From Candidatus Multivoraceae bacterium (lineage in GTDB: Bacteria > Acidobacteriota > Thermoanaerobaculia > Multivoradales > Multivoraceae): 64,000 nt of DNA. The stretch covers positions 2,413,803-2,477,802 of the forward strand of contig CBDCWR010000007.1 of NCBI GenBank assembly GCA_965223385.1, given 5' to 3'. Position numbers and translations under genes: made by a program. This document shows, piece after piece, positions 37,981-46,847 of this stretch. Below the pieces are notes generated by a model. It had not been told where the DNA came from, made no database searches, and saw only the letters and a list, made by a program, of their open reading frames with translations. The first letter of the stretch is position 1. The number at the start of each line of letters is the position of its first letter.

Positions 37981-39123
37981 GTGAACGCTGAGCGACTGCA
38001 TGCGTTGGCTCTGGTGCTGAGGGAACACCTGAAAGAGCTGAACCTGCCCGCCTCACTGGCTGCACTCGAGTCCGAACTAAGTACGCTGGTCTCAAGTCCC
38101 TCCGACGAGACTGCGCAGCTTCAGGTAAGTCTGAAGCGGAACGAGCTGATCGCCGGCTTGGAGTCTTCGCTTCGGGACGAAGGTCCCTTGTTTGCCGATG
38201 GCATTCAAGAGCTTGGAGTGGATGGCCTGGTAGGACCAGGACTTGCCGGTGCGCTTCGTAGCGCGCTTGCGGGCGAGGATCTCACTCCAGCGGCGGCACA
38301 GGCGGGGGTTGAGCGGCTGCGTTCAGAGGTCGCAATGCTCGAAGGGCACCTCAAGAGCTTGGTAAATGCTCTTGAGAGTTTCCATGTTGGCCACGAGTTG
38401 CTCGGCCCTGGGGAAGCTGAACTCGCCGTCGTAATCCCACGGTCAGCCGTGAAGAACGAGGTGGGAGAGCTCGCAGATGATCTCGAGGGGCTGGACAAGA
38501 TCTTCGGCTGCCTGGCTGAGGTTGCGACTGGCCAGAGGGCCGACCTCAAGATCCGGACGATCTCCTCGTCCGATCTCACCTTCCTCCTGGAGGTGCTTCC
38601 GGAGGTTGGTGCGGCTATTGCCTTCTCGGTGCGGTGGCTGGTGCAGACGTACAAGGACGTCTTGGAGATCAAGAAGAACCGCCAAGATCTGGCGAACAAG
38701 GAGATCCCTCAGGAGGTGCTGGACGACCTCGATGCGCACATTCAGGAGCGGGTCGATGCTGCGATAGCGGATGGCGTTGAGGAACTGTTCAAGGAATTCG
38801 ACAAGCGCCGGCCGGCGGGCAGAAAGGAAGAGCTAAGGAACGAGCTCCGACGCTGGCTCGGAGAGCTGATGAAGCGCATCGACCACGGCTACCATGTCGA
38901 AGTTCGAGCTGCGCCGAGAGAGGACGGAGAGGAGGAAGAGGAGAGGGACGAGTCCGCTGAACACCTCGAGAAGATCTCCGAGCTAGCGGCTCAGACCCCC
39001 TACGTCGCCATCGCTGGGAGGCCCGTTCTCTATCTGCCGGGACCCGACGATCAAGAGGACGCTGATGGCGCCGCGGACGAAAGTCCAGACGAGCCCGACG
39101 AGAGCGAAGATTCCGAACCCTAG
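37981..39123 (+). CDS. Hypothetical protein (380 aa, predicted alpha-helical, acidic C-terminal tail), orphan island cargo
   Basis: GTG start with a GGGGAGGG RBS. No recognisable motif. The C-terminus is DEPDESEDSEP. Its stop TAG is the first triplet of a 36-bp direct repeat. Confidence 0.6.
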   Translation: MNAERLHALALVLREHLKELNLPASLAALESELSTLVSSPSDETAQLQVSLKRNELIAGLESSLRDEGPLFADGIQELGVDGLVGPGLAGALRSALAGEDLTPAAAQAGVERLRSEVAMLEGHLKSLVNALESFHVGHELLGPGEAELAVVIPRSAVKNEVGELADDLEGLDKIFGCLAEVATGQRADLKIRTISSSDLTFLLEVLPEVGAAIAFSVRWLVQTYKDVLEIKKNRQDLANKEIPQEVLDDLDAHIQERVDAAIADGVEELFKEFDKRRPAGRKEELRNELRRWLGELMKRIDHGYHVEVRAAPREDGEEEEERDESAEHLEKISELAAQTPYVAIAGRPVLYLPGPDDQEDADGAADESPDEPDESEDSEP

Positions 39124-39156
39124 ACACCGCCCGCACGATCGGCCCAAGCGACCGGG
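39121..39156. repeat. 36-bp direct repeat, copy 1 (TAGACACCGCCCGCACGATCGGCCCAAGCGACCGGG)
   Basis: 35/36 identical to copy 2 at 40427..40462. It starts at the stop codon of gene 37981..39123. Confidence 0.6.
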
Positions 39157-39448
39157 CACGTAGCTAGGCGGCATCCTCTTCTGCGAGCGAAGCCCAGAAG
39201 AAGCCTCGCGGCGCGCGCTTGATCTTGGCCAGCACCTCGACCGCGTCCCCGAGGGCCTGCTACTCGTCCGGGGTCGCGATCGCGACCCTCTGGCCGTGGC
39301 GCGGCGCCCTCGGCGACTCCGCCATGCGTTGCATCGCAGGACGACGGTGAGCGCTAGCATTGGGCTACGCAAGCGCGGCGAAAGCCGCGGCTGCTCGGGG
39401 CGCAGGCGCTTGGCCGGGGGCCAGACGAGATAAGGAGGAACCCAAACG

Positions 39449-40363
39449 ATGGTCAGTAGCCGACGACTGGCCGTGACCGTACTGATCGTCGTGACGCTGG
39501 GCCAGCCCAGTGCCGGCTGGTCCAGCGAGGCTGCGTTTCCAACGGGAAGCCGAGGAGCTTGGACGCGGAACAGCGGCGAAGAGCGTCTGAACGTCACCGA
39601 GTCTCACATTGTCCACCACCACAACGGCCTGCTCAAAGTCCGGAAGCTGCTCAGCATCGACCGGCTGCAGGCCAAGCTCCGATTCAACGGTACCGAGTCT
39701 TGGGTTGCCTTCTATGTCCAAGATGAGCATCTGTACTTCGCGGATCGGAGCTTCGAGAGAGTGTCGCCGATACCTGACGATCTCCAAGTCCTTACTCCAT
39801 TCCAAATCCCTCAGCCGTCCGCCGCTGCCGCCAGCGACATCGAGGCCGCACAGGGGCTTCTGAGGCTCATGATCCGGAATGACCAACGGCTCCGAAAGGA
39901 GCGGCGTCCGCCAGACGAGCTGCGGCGCGCAGGCAAGAGGCATGCCGAAAAACTAAAAGGGATCCTAAGAAACCAGGGCTGGATCGACATCCACAGATTC
40001 GGCCCTGAGGCAGCGATGAACGCGTTTCTGGTCGTTCAGCACAGCAATGACCTGCCGCTGATGCTCTCCGCACTGCCGCTGATCAAGAGTGATCTCGAGA
40101 ATCTCGGAGGTCGAGAGGCAGGGGACATGTTTGCGCTGCTCTTCGATCGCATAAGAGTGCGAACAGGCGAGCTTCAACGCTACGGCAGTCAGCTCAACGA
40201 AGACGCCACAGGTCCATACGTTCTCCCCTTAGAAGATCCGTGCAGCATTGACGACCTTCGCCAAGCTATCGGCCTTGAGCCTCTGCAGGAATACGTAGCG
40301 ATCGCATCGAAGGAGTTCTATGCAGGACGCCCAGTGCGCCTTCTCACCCCCTGCGAGCATTAG
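39449..40363 (+). CDS. Hypothetical secreted protein (304 aa), orphan island cargo
   Basis: A perfect AAGGAGG RBS lies 9 nt upstream of the ATG. Signal peptide-like MVSSRRLAVTVLIVVTLGQPSAG. No recognisable catalytic motif. The gene is bracketed by the 36-bp direct repeats. Confidence 0.6.
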   Translation: MVSSRRLAVTVLIVVTLGQPSAGWSSEAAFPTGSRGAWTRNSGEERLNVTESHIVHHHNGLLKVRKLLSIDRLQAKLRFNGTESWVAFYVQDEHLYFADRSFERVSPIPDDLQVLTPFQIPQPSAAAASDIEAAQGLLRLMIRNDQRLRKERRPPDELRRAGKRHAEKLKGILRNQGWIDIHRFGPEAAMNAFLVVQHSNDLPLMLSALPLIKSDLENLGGREAGDMFALLFDRIRVRTGELQRYGSQLNEDATGPYVLPLEDPCSIDDLRQAIGLEPLQEYVAIASKEFYAGRPVRLLTPCEH

Positions 40364-40426
40364 CTCTGGAGAATACTCGGTGGCCACCTAGATCGCCCCT
40401 TATCGGCGAGCCTCCAAGACCGCCTG

Positions 40427-40462
40427 TAGACACCGCCCGCACCATCGGCCCAAGCGACCGGG
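40427..40462. repeat. 36-bp direct repeat, copy 2 (TAGACACCGCCCGCACCATCGGCCCAAGCGACCGGG)
   Basis: One mismatch to copy 1. It lies immediately upstream of the ATG at 40469. Confidence 0.6.
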
Positions 40463-40468
40463 GGTGCG

Positions 40469-41083
40469 ATGGCGGCTCACAACTCGAGGTTCCGGGTGCA
40501 GTCCTACACGGGCGACTCGGAGTGGCTCCAGCCGGTGGAGGTTTTCCTCTTCCGCGGCTACCAGAAGGTGGGGCAGACGCGGCACCTCGGCCCGAATCGC
40601 TACTGCCCGACCACCCTGGCCACGCTCCAGACGAACGCGGACCGGCTCTTCCTCTCGCCTGAGACGCGCACGCTGGCAGCCTCTGAAGGCTGCCCGAGCT
40701 CGCCTCTGCTCCTCTGGGTCGAGAGCGCCTTTGACTCAGCTCTGAGCGGCTTCAGCGGCGCTGTGGTGCCTCTTCTCGAGCAGGGCGTGGGCGACGACGA
40801 CCCGAGGCTTGCGCTGGCGCTCAGGAACGTGTCAGGGCGCCTGAAGACAGCCTCCGAGGAGGAGAAGCAGGCCGTCATGGACTGGCTTGAGGACTCAGGC
40901 ATGCGCGAGCAGGTGCCCGAGACGTTGAAGACCTCCCCGAGGTGCTTTTGGGCGTCGCTGGCGGTGGCCGAAGAGGCCGCCACTAGAGAGCGCTACCCCG
41001 TCGCCTCGGGATCCCAGTCGCGAGCCCAGCCACCATTTCGGATCTCCTTGGCTAGTTCGAGGATCTCCGGGTGCTTTGCGTAG
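40469..41083 (+). CDS. Hypothetical protein (204 aa), uncertain
   Basis: ATG follows a GGGGG stretch. The central part is protein-like (EEEKQAVMDWLEDSGMREQVPETLK). The 3' 90 nt overlap the convergent TPR gene, so the true end is uncertain. Confidence 0.35.
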   Translation: MAAHNSRFRVQSYTGDSEWLQPVEVFLFRGYQKVGQTRHLGPNRYCPTTLATLQTNADRLFLSPETRTLAASEGCPSSPLLLWVESAFDSALSGFSGAVVPLLEQGVGDDDPRLALALRNVSGRLKTASEEEKQAVMDWLEDSGMREQVPETLKTSPRCFWASLAVAEEAATRERYPVASGSQSRAQPPFRISLASSRISGCFA

Positions 41084-41511
41084 GGGCAAGGTGGATCCAA
41101 GCTCGCAAGCGCACGCTCCGGCTGGTTTAGCTCAGCGAGAACCCGGGCGCGTCCGAAGTGCGCTTCGTGGTCACCTCCCAGGTCGACGGCACGCTCGAAG
41201 TAGCTGAGCGCCAGCTCCAGCTGCTCGTCCCAGACGTCGTACCAGTACCCGAGCTCGTTGTGTGGCTCGGGGTCGTCGGGCGCAATTTCGAGAGCACGCT
41301 CGTAGCTTTGACGCGCATCCTCCAGTTCCCGACGAGGGTCATCGTCCCCCAACAGGATCAGATGGCCACGCAGGAGCCAGAGCTCCATGGACCTCGGGAA
41401 GGCGTCCAGCGCCTGATCCGCTACCGCAACCAGGGCACCTGGGACGTCTCCCTCTTCAGGTATCTGCTGGCGGATCCGCTCCAACCAGGCTTCCTCGGAT
41501 ACTGGAGCCAC
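40993..41511 (-). CDS. TPR-repeat protein
   Basis: A 172-aa product with TPR-like helical repeats (ARQSYERALEIAPDDPEPHNELGYWY, ALSYFERAVDLGGDHEAHFGRARVL). Confidence 0.55.
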   Translation of the reverse strand: MAPVSEEAWLERIRQQIPEEGDVPGALVAVADQALDAFPRSMELWLLRGHLILLGDDDPRRELEDARQSYERALEIAPDDPEPHNELGYWYDVWDEQLELALSYFERAVDLGGDHEAHFGRARVLAELNQPERALASLDPPCPYAKHPEILELAKEIRNGGWARDWDPEATG

Positions 41512-41787
41512 CCGTTTCTCCCTTCAGTTCCTGATACCTAATGCAGCAACACTGCCAGTCCACCGGATCCGACGGCCGGAAATCCGGAACGCTCCTGTCG
41601 CAGCAGCGAACCGCCGCTCGCCTCCGGGACGAACGTCAGAGACAGGCTCGAACGCGGCCGTCTCTGAGCTGACGTGCTCCCCGTTTCGTACCACGGACTT
41701 CTGGACATTCGGGCAAGTTGGCTACCTGCGGCTGCGGTGCGCGGGTCGAGTCCAGAAACACACCAAAGGCGTCAGGATTGGTTCACG

Positions 41788-42042
41788 ATGAGAGCAATTG
41801 CCGGAGGCCTTCTGCTTGCAGCATGGATCGCGCTCCCGACCGTGGTGCAGTCTCAGTCCGTCTTCTGTGACAACTTCGCTCTCGCCCCGTTGCATCCCCA
41901 ACCAGCAATTCAGGGGAGCTCGCTCTCCGTGAGGGTCTACGGAAGTTGGCCGACGACCAACGTCCCTGATCTCGTCGGAGCATCTGTCACCGGGAACACG
42001 ATCCGAGTGCAACTGGAAGGGCCTACACACTCGCAATCCTGA
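41788..42042 (+). CDS. Small hypothetical secreted protein (84 aa)
   Basis: Signal peptide MRAIAGGLLLAAWIALPTVVQS. No similarity recognised. Low confidence. Confidence 0.3.
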   Translation: MRAIAGGLLLAAWIALPTVVQSQSVFCDNFALAPLHPQPAIQGSSLSVRVYGSWPTTNVPDLVGASVTGNTIRVQLEGPTHSQS

Positions 42043-42343
42043 TTTCACTTGTCGCGACTCTTGGTGTCCATCATCTCCGCTAGCGACGCCACGGATCGGA
42101 GGCTGATCTCGGACCGGCCTGCAGGAGCGGGGGCGCAGCTTCGAGGGAGTCTTTCCGACGGAACGGGGGAGCGCTCATCGCCATCGCGAGACGGGCACCC
42201 GAGTTCGTCCGGCGTCAGGCATACTTCACCCGCGAAGCGATCTCGGCGCATACGTCGCCGTGTTGGACGAGGGCCGCGAAGCGACGCGGCTCATCCAGGG
42301 GAGGCGTCTCCTGCAACGGGTCGCTCCTGCTTGAGTTGACGAA

Positions 42344-43660
42344 ATGAGAGTCCTCCTCCTCTTGGCTGTGTTTCTCGGCTCGCTGTCGTGTGCGACCCGG
42401 GTCCCGGTTGCCGAGCAGCTCGGTCTTGCCGTACCGACGCGCGTGTTCCTCATCTCCATCGACACGCTGCGCGCCGACCACCTCGGCTCCTACGGGTACG
42501 AGCGGGACACGAGCCCTCACCTCGACGTGTTCCGTCAAGAAGCCGTGCTGTTTCGCGAGGTCATCTCGCACGCTCCGTCGACCCTTCCCGCCCATGCGTC
42601 GATTCTGACCTCGCTGCTGCCGCAACATCATCTGGCCTCCGTCGCCGAGGACACGGCGCTGGCGGACGAGGCGCTGACGCTTGCAGAGGTGTTTTCTGCA
42701 GCCGGGTTCAAGACCGTCGCCGTGACGGGTGGCGGCCAGCTCGACCCCGCCTACGGTGTGGACCAGGGGTTCGACACGTACCGGATTCCCAAGAACAACC
42801 AGCAGTTCCGGACGGTTGCGCGGCAGACATCCAACTGGCTCCGGAAAAACCGAGACCGCGCGTTCCTGTTCCTGCACACCTACCAGGTACATGCGCCCTA
42901 CGTGTCACCTTCGGAGCTCCTCGACGTTCTGGGCAACGACTACACCGGCAGCTTGCCCGACCAGATCGACACCTCGATCCTCGACGCCATCAACGGAGGC
43001 GAGCTTGCAATCGACGACGAGGACCTCGCGCACATCGTCCGCACATACGACGCCGACATCCGGCGCATGGACCAGCAGCTCGCGCGGTTCTTCGGGTGGC
43101 TGAAGGGTGAGGGCCTCTACGACGACAGCCTCATCGTGATCACGTCGGACCATGGCGAAGAGTTCGGGGAACGAGGTCAGGTCGGCCGACACTCCTACAC
43201 GCTCCACGATGAGCTCCTTCACGTGCCCCTGCTCATCCGCTTCCCCGACGGGGCTTTTGGTGGCTCCGAGGTCTCGTCCCAGGTGCGCGGCATCGACATC
43301 GCACCGACGATCCTCGAGGCCCTTCGTCTTCCTGTGCCGGAGGAGTTCCAGGGGACATCACTTCTGGGACATCTCGAGCAGACGAGACCCTCACTTCCTG
43401 CTGTGAGCAGTCTGGACAAGTTCACGGCGCGGATGTGGTCGCTCCGAGACGGCGGTTGGAAGCTCTATGGCCCAGCGCTTTACGACCTGGCCAACGACCC
43501 CGGCGAGCTGGAGGACGTGGCGATGACGCAGCGCGAACGGTACGAGGACCTCCGCCGCACGCTCCGCGAGCAGGTTCAGGCTCGGGAGCCGCTGCCCCTG
43601 AATCAGGTGACCCCCGACGAACAGCTCATTGAGCAGCTCAAGGCGCTCGGCTACCTGTAG
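42344..43660 (+). CDS. Sulfatase-like hydrolase/transferase (alkaline-phosphatase superfamily), secreted
   Basis: A 438-aa product with a signal peptide and LISIDTLRADHLGSYGY (sulfatase N-terminal metal-site region) plus ITSDHGEEFGERG (sulfatase signature II-like). Confidence 0.75.
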   Translation: MRVLLLLAVFLGSLSCATRVPVAEQLGLAVPTRVFLISIDTLRADHLGSYGYERDTSPHLDVFRQEAVLFREVISHAPSTLPAHASILTSLLPQHHLASVAEDTALADEALTLAEVFSAAGFKTVAVTGGGQLDPAYGVDQGFDTYRIPKNNQQFRTVARQTSNWLRKNRDRAFLFLHTYQVHAPYVSPSELLDVLGNDYTGSLPDQIDTSILDAINGGELAIDDEDLAHIVRTYDADIRRMDQQLARFFGWLKGEGLYDDSLIVITSDHGEEFGERGQVGRHSYTLHDELLHVPLLIRFPDGAFGGSEVSSQVRGIDIAPTILEALRLPVPEEFQGTSLLGHLEQTRPSLPAVSSLDKFTARMWSLRDGGWKLYGPALYDLANDPGELEDVAMTQRERYEDLRRTLREQVQAREPLPLNQVTPDEQLIEQLKALGYL

Positions 43661-43756
43661 TACACCCGAAGCTCCTTTGGCTGGGCCTCTGCCGGGCAGC
43701 TCCGGAGGCTGAGCTAGGGAACTGGGCGGTCGCTCCGTGGCACGACGGCCTCGACT

Positions 43757-44197
43757 TCAGGTCGCCGGCTCGCCCTCTTCCACCTGGGCGCGGGCTCGAT
43801 GTACGGTCACCACGTTACGGCCCGCCTCGCGTCGGTAGTCGATCGAGTCGACCCACTGCCGCACGAGGTGAACGCCGAGGCCGCCGGGCCGACGCTCTTC
43901 CACGGGTGCGTCGAGCTCGGTCGGTGGTTCGAGGCAGAGCGGGTCGAAGGCCTCCGCGCCGTCCGAGACCACGAGACCCCACCGGACCTCGTCCAGCATG
44001 AAGGTCACCTCGATCTCGTCGCGATCACTCAAGCCGCCGTGCCGGATCACGTTCGACACGAGCTCGTCGAGAACCAGCTCCATGGCGAAGCGGTCCTGGG
44101 CCACGAGGCCCTGCTCGGCGCAGAGCCGGTCGAGCGTGGCCTCGAATCGGCCGAGAACCGGTGGAGCCGCCGGAACGGTCACGCGGAAGCTGTCCAT
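43757..44197 (-). CDS. Anti-sigma regulatory factor, RsbW-like Ser/Thr kinase (HATPase_c)
   Basis: A 146-aa product with ELVSNVIRHG...RRPGGLGVHLVRQWVDSIDY, GHKL-ATPase motifs typical of RsbW/SpoIIAB. Confidence 0.75.
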   Translation of the reverse strand: MDSFRVTVPAAPPVLGRFEATLDRLCAEQGLVAQDRFAMELVLDELVSNVIRHGGLSDRDEIEVTFMLDEVRWGLVVSDGAEAFDPLCLEPPTELDAPVEERRPGGLGVHLVRQWVDSIDYRREAGRNVVTVHRARAQVEEGEPAT

Positions 44198-44207
44198 CGG
44201 ACCGAGA

Positions 44208-44564
44208 CTAACGGGAGGCGATCGCGCGAAGCGCTTCCTCGGCCCGCTGGCACTCCGACTGGATGTCGAGGATCCTGGTGAAGCCCGAGACGTTCAGCAC
44301 GTCCAGCACGCCGCCCTGGGGCCCGAAGAAGGCCACGTTGCCTCCCTCGAGGCGCGCTCTCTTGACCAGCCACAGAAACACACGCAGGCCGGCGCTGCTC
44401 AGGAACTCCAGGCCCGAGAGGTCGAGCGCCATCACGTTGTGCCCCTGGCGCAGCAGTGCTTCCAGCTCGGTCTCCGCCCGCTTCGACGTGTCGGTGTCGA
44501 GACGTCCTCCGAGCTCGAGCACCAGCCCTTCTTCGGCCTGGAGTGTGTTCATCTTCAATGACAT
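44208..44564 (-). CDS. STAS-domain anti-sigma-factor antagonist
   Basis: A 118-aa product from MSLKMN, with DLSGLEFLSSAGLRVFL, the SpoIIAA/RsbV motif with the phosphorylatable Ser. The rest of the 316-aa ORF is spurious. Confidence 0.75.
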   Translation of the reverse strand: MSLKMNTLQAEEGLVLELGGRLDTDTSKRAETELEALLRQGHNVMALDLSGLEFLSSAGLRVFLWLVKRARLEGGNVAFFGPQGGVLDVLNVSGFTRILDIQSECQRAEEALRAIASR

Positions 44565-45772
44565 GGCAGCTCCTCTCGATCTTCGTGACGGTCTTTCCTT
44601 GCGAGCCGTTCCACGGCCATGAGGGTGATGTCGTCCGACTGCGGCACGCCGCTCGAGTGGCGGTCGACCGCCTCGGAGATGTGATCGATCACCTCGCGGA
44701 CGTTGCGCGCCGGCTCGCCGAGCGTGGCGTGGAGACGATCCACGCCGAAGGCCTCTCCTGCCCCGTCGAAGGCCTCGCAGATGCCGTCGGTGACGAGGAC
44801 GAGGGAGTCGCCCACCTCCAGCTCGACCTCGCCGGTCTCGAACGTGAGCCCTGGGAGCATGCCCACGGCGGGCCCTGTCGTCTGCAGCTGGGCGCGGAGT
44901 GAACCGTCCCGTGCGCGCAGGAGGCCCGCATCCTGGCCGGCGTTCGCGTAGCGGAGGCGGTCGCTCTCCGGCTCGAGCAGGAGCATGAAGGCAGTCGCGA
45001 ACATCGACAGCTCGTCGTGGTGCACGGCGATGTAGTCGCTGGTGCGCCGGATCGCGTCGAAGGGATCGCTGCCGGTCTTGTGCGCTTCGTGGGCGAAGAG
45101 TCGGATCAGGCTGCGCGTGAGCGCCATGAAGAACGCGGCCCCGAACCCCTTGCCACACACGTCACCCATGACCAGAACCACCGACCCGTCGGAGAGAGCG
45201 AAGCTGTCGTAGAAGTCTCCTGCCACCTGCTTGGCGGGCCGGAAGAAGACCTCGCAGCGCCATCCGGGAGCTCCCCCGACGTCCTTCGGAAGGAACTGGC
45301 TCTGCATCCTGCGCGCCGCGTCGAGCTCACTGTCGACCGTCTGCGCATACCCCTCGAGAAGCTCGAGATGGTGCTTCTCGATACGTTGCATGCGGCGTCG
45401 CTCCAGCCCGTTCCTGACGCGGGCGAGGAGCAGCTCGGGATCAAGCGGCAGGCTGAGGACGTCTTCCGCACCGAGGTCGAGCGCCCGCACCAGAGCCGCC
45501 CGATCGGAGTGATCCGCCACCATCACGACGGGAACGTCGCGCGTTGCGGGCTCCCGCTTGAGCGCAGCCAGGGTCTCGCCCCCACCCCAGCCGATCGAAG
45601 GCAAGGCGAGGAGGACCAGGTCGGCCTCGGAGCTGGCGCACGCTTCGAGCGTCTGCTCGGCCGAGGTCACCTGCACGACCTCCCCGAAGGCCTCGGCGAG
45701 CGCCTCCAGCCCCTCGTTGGAGCTGGACAGGTCGGCTGCAACCAGAACCGACTCTCGTGTGCCAACGATCAT
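44555..45772 (-). CDS. Response-regulator receiver + PP2C (SpoIIE/RsbU-type) phosphatase
   Basis: A 405-aa product with an N-terminal REC (DLVLLALPSIGWGG, phospho-Asp region) and C-terminal PP2C motifs (GDFYDSF, LVMGDVCGKG, TDGICEAFD). Confidence 0.8.
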   Translation of the reverse strand: MIVGTRESVLVAADLSSSNEGLEALAEAFGEVVQVTSAEQTLEACASSEADLVLLALPSIGWGGGETLAALKREPATRDVPVVMVADHSDRAALVRALDLGAEDVLSLPLDPELLLARVRNGLERRRMQRIEKHHLELLEGYAQTVDSELDAARRMQSQFLPKDVGGAPGWRCEVFFRPAKQVAGDFYDSFALSDGSVVLVMGDVCGKGFGAAFFMALTRSLIRLFAHEAHKTGSDPFDAIRRTSDYIAVHHDELSMFATAFMLLLEPESDRLRYANAGQDAGLLRARDGSLRAQLQTTGPAVGMLPGLTFETGEVELEVGDSLVLVTDGICEAFDGAGEAFGVDRLHATLGEPARNVREVIDHISEAVDRHSSGVPQSDDITLMAVERLARKDRHEDREELPCH

Positions 45773-46174
45773 CCCGTCATTCCCCGACTGCCTCGCTTCG
45801 ATCGACCCGCGCCACGACGCGTCGCCGACGTGCCTGGCTTCCGCCAGCTCTGCCCCGGTTGCGTGCGCCGAACGGTCCGATGTGTCTCCGATGACCGGGA
45901 GCGGCCTTCGGAGAGCCCAGCTTGCCGAGCCGTGAAGGGAATGAAACTCAGACGGCGATGAGGGAGGCCGTAGGAATCGGCAGACAGGCCCTGTCGGAAG
46001 AGGACGACACCTGCTCTGATGCGGGCGAGGTCATCGCCCCGGAGTCGGAGCGACCTCCGCTGCTCACTCTCGCTCCAGTATCCTGCTTGCGAGGAGGGAG
46101 CCCATGTGTGGCTCAGCAAAAGGACCCCGCTCGCCGGCCACGGAACAGTTTCGACCCGGCGGACCTGGGTGCGT

Positions 46175-46753
46175 GTGAAGCGGCTCTTCCTGGCACTCTT
46201 TCCGCCGCCCGACCTCGCACGGAGAGTCGTCCGTCGCCTCGAGCCGGCGCGCGCAGGCCTGCCGCGCGCGAGCTGGGTGCCGGCCGAGCGATTGCACCTG
46301 ACCCTGCACTTCTTCGGGGATCGGACGCAGAGCCGAGCCGAGGAGATTGCGACCGCCCTCTCCGCGTCGGTCGCGGAGGTTGGCGCGATGCGACTCACCC
46401 TCCAGACCGTCGGCGCGTTTGGTGGGCGCAGGCCCCGCGTGATCTGGGTGGGAGTGGCTCCGTTCCGAGAGAGCGAAGGTGCCTGGGCGGAGCTCTCACT
46501 GCGGGTGCGGAGCGCGCTCCAGGCCGCGGAGGAGCCGGTGGACCCGCGGCCGCTTCGCCCTCACCTGACGGTGGCGCGCTGCAGAGGCTCGTGGACCCGG
46601 AGCCACGTCCGTGAGCTCCGCGAACGGGCGGCCGCCGTCGACGGGTGCATGTGGGAGGTCTCTTTCGCCTGCCTCACGACGAGTGAGCGACGACCCGATG
46701 GCCCCCGGTACCACGTGGCCTGGAAGCTGCCTCTCGCCGAGGCCCGAGGCTGA
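46175..46753 (+). CDS. thpR: RNA 2',3'-cyclic phosphodiesterase (ThpR/LigT family 2H phosphoesterase)
   Basis: Two H-x-T-x motifs (LHLTLHFFGD and PHLTVARC). Probable GTG start at 46175 (VKRLFLALFPP). The in-frame ORF begins at 46019. Confidence 0.7.
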   Translation: MKRLFLALFPPPDLARRVVRRLEPARAGLPRASWVPAERLHLTLHFFGDRTQSRAEEIATALSASVAEVGAMRLTLQTVGAFGGRRPRVIWVGVAPFRESEGAWAELSLRVRSALQAAEEPVDPRPLRPHLTVARCRGSWTRSHVRELRERAAAVDGCMWEVSFACLTTSERRPDGPRYHVAWKLPLAEARG

Positions 46754-46847
46754 CACGCGGAGGCCAAGGACAAAACGAAAGACGGCGCCCGGATCACTCC
46801 GGGCGCCGCCGCAACCAAGCTCCGCGGAGAGCGGAGCCTCACGGTCT

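Noticed and set aside
42215-42892. 225-aa minus-strand ORF
   Set aside because: It overlaps the start and N-terminal half of the sulfatase-like gene antisense. It has no RBS or motifs, whereas the sulfatase frame has a signal peptide and family signatures.
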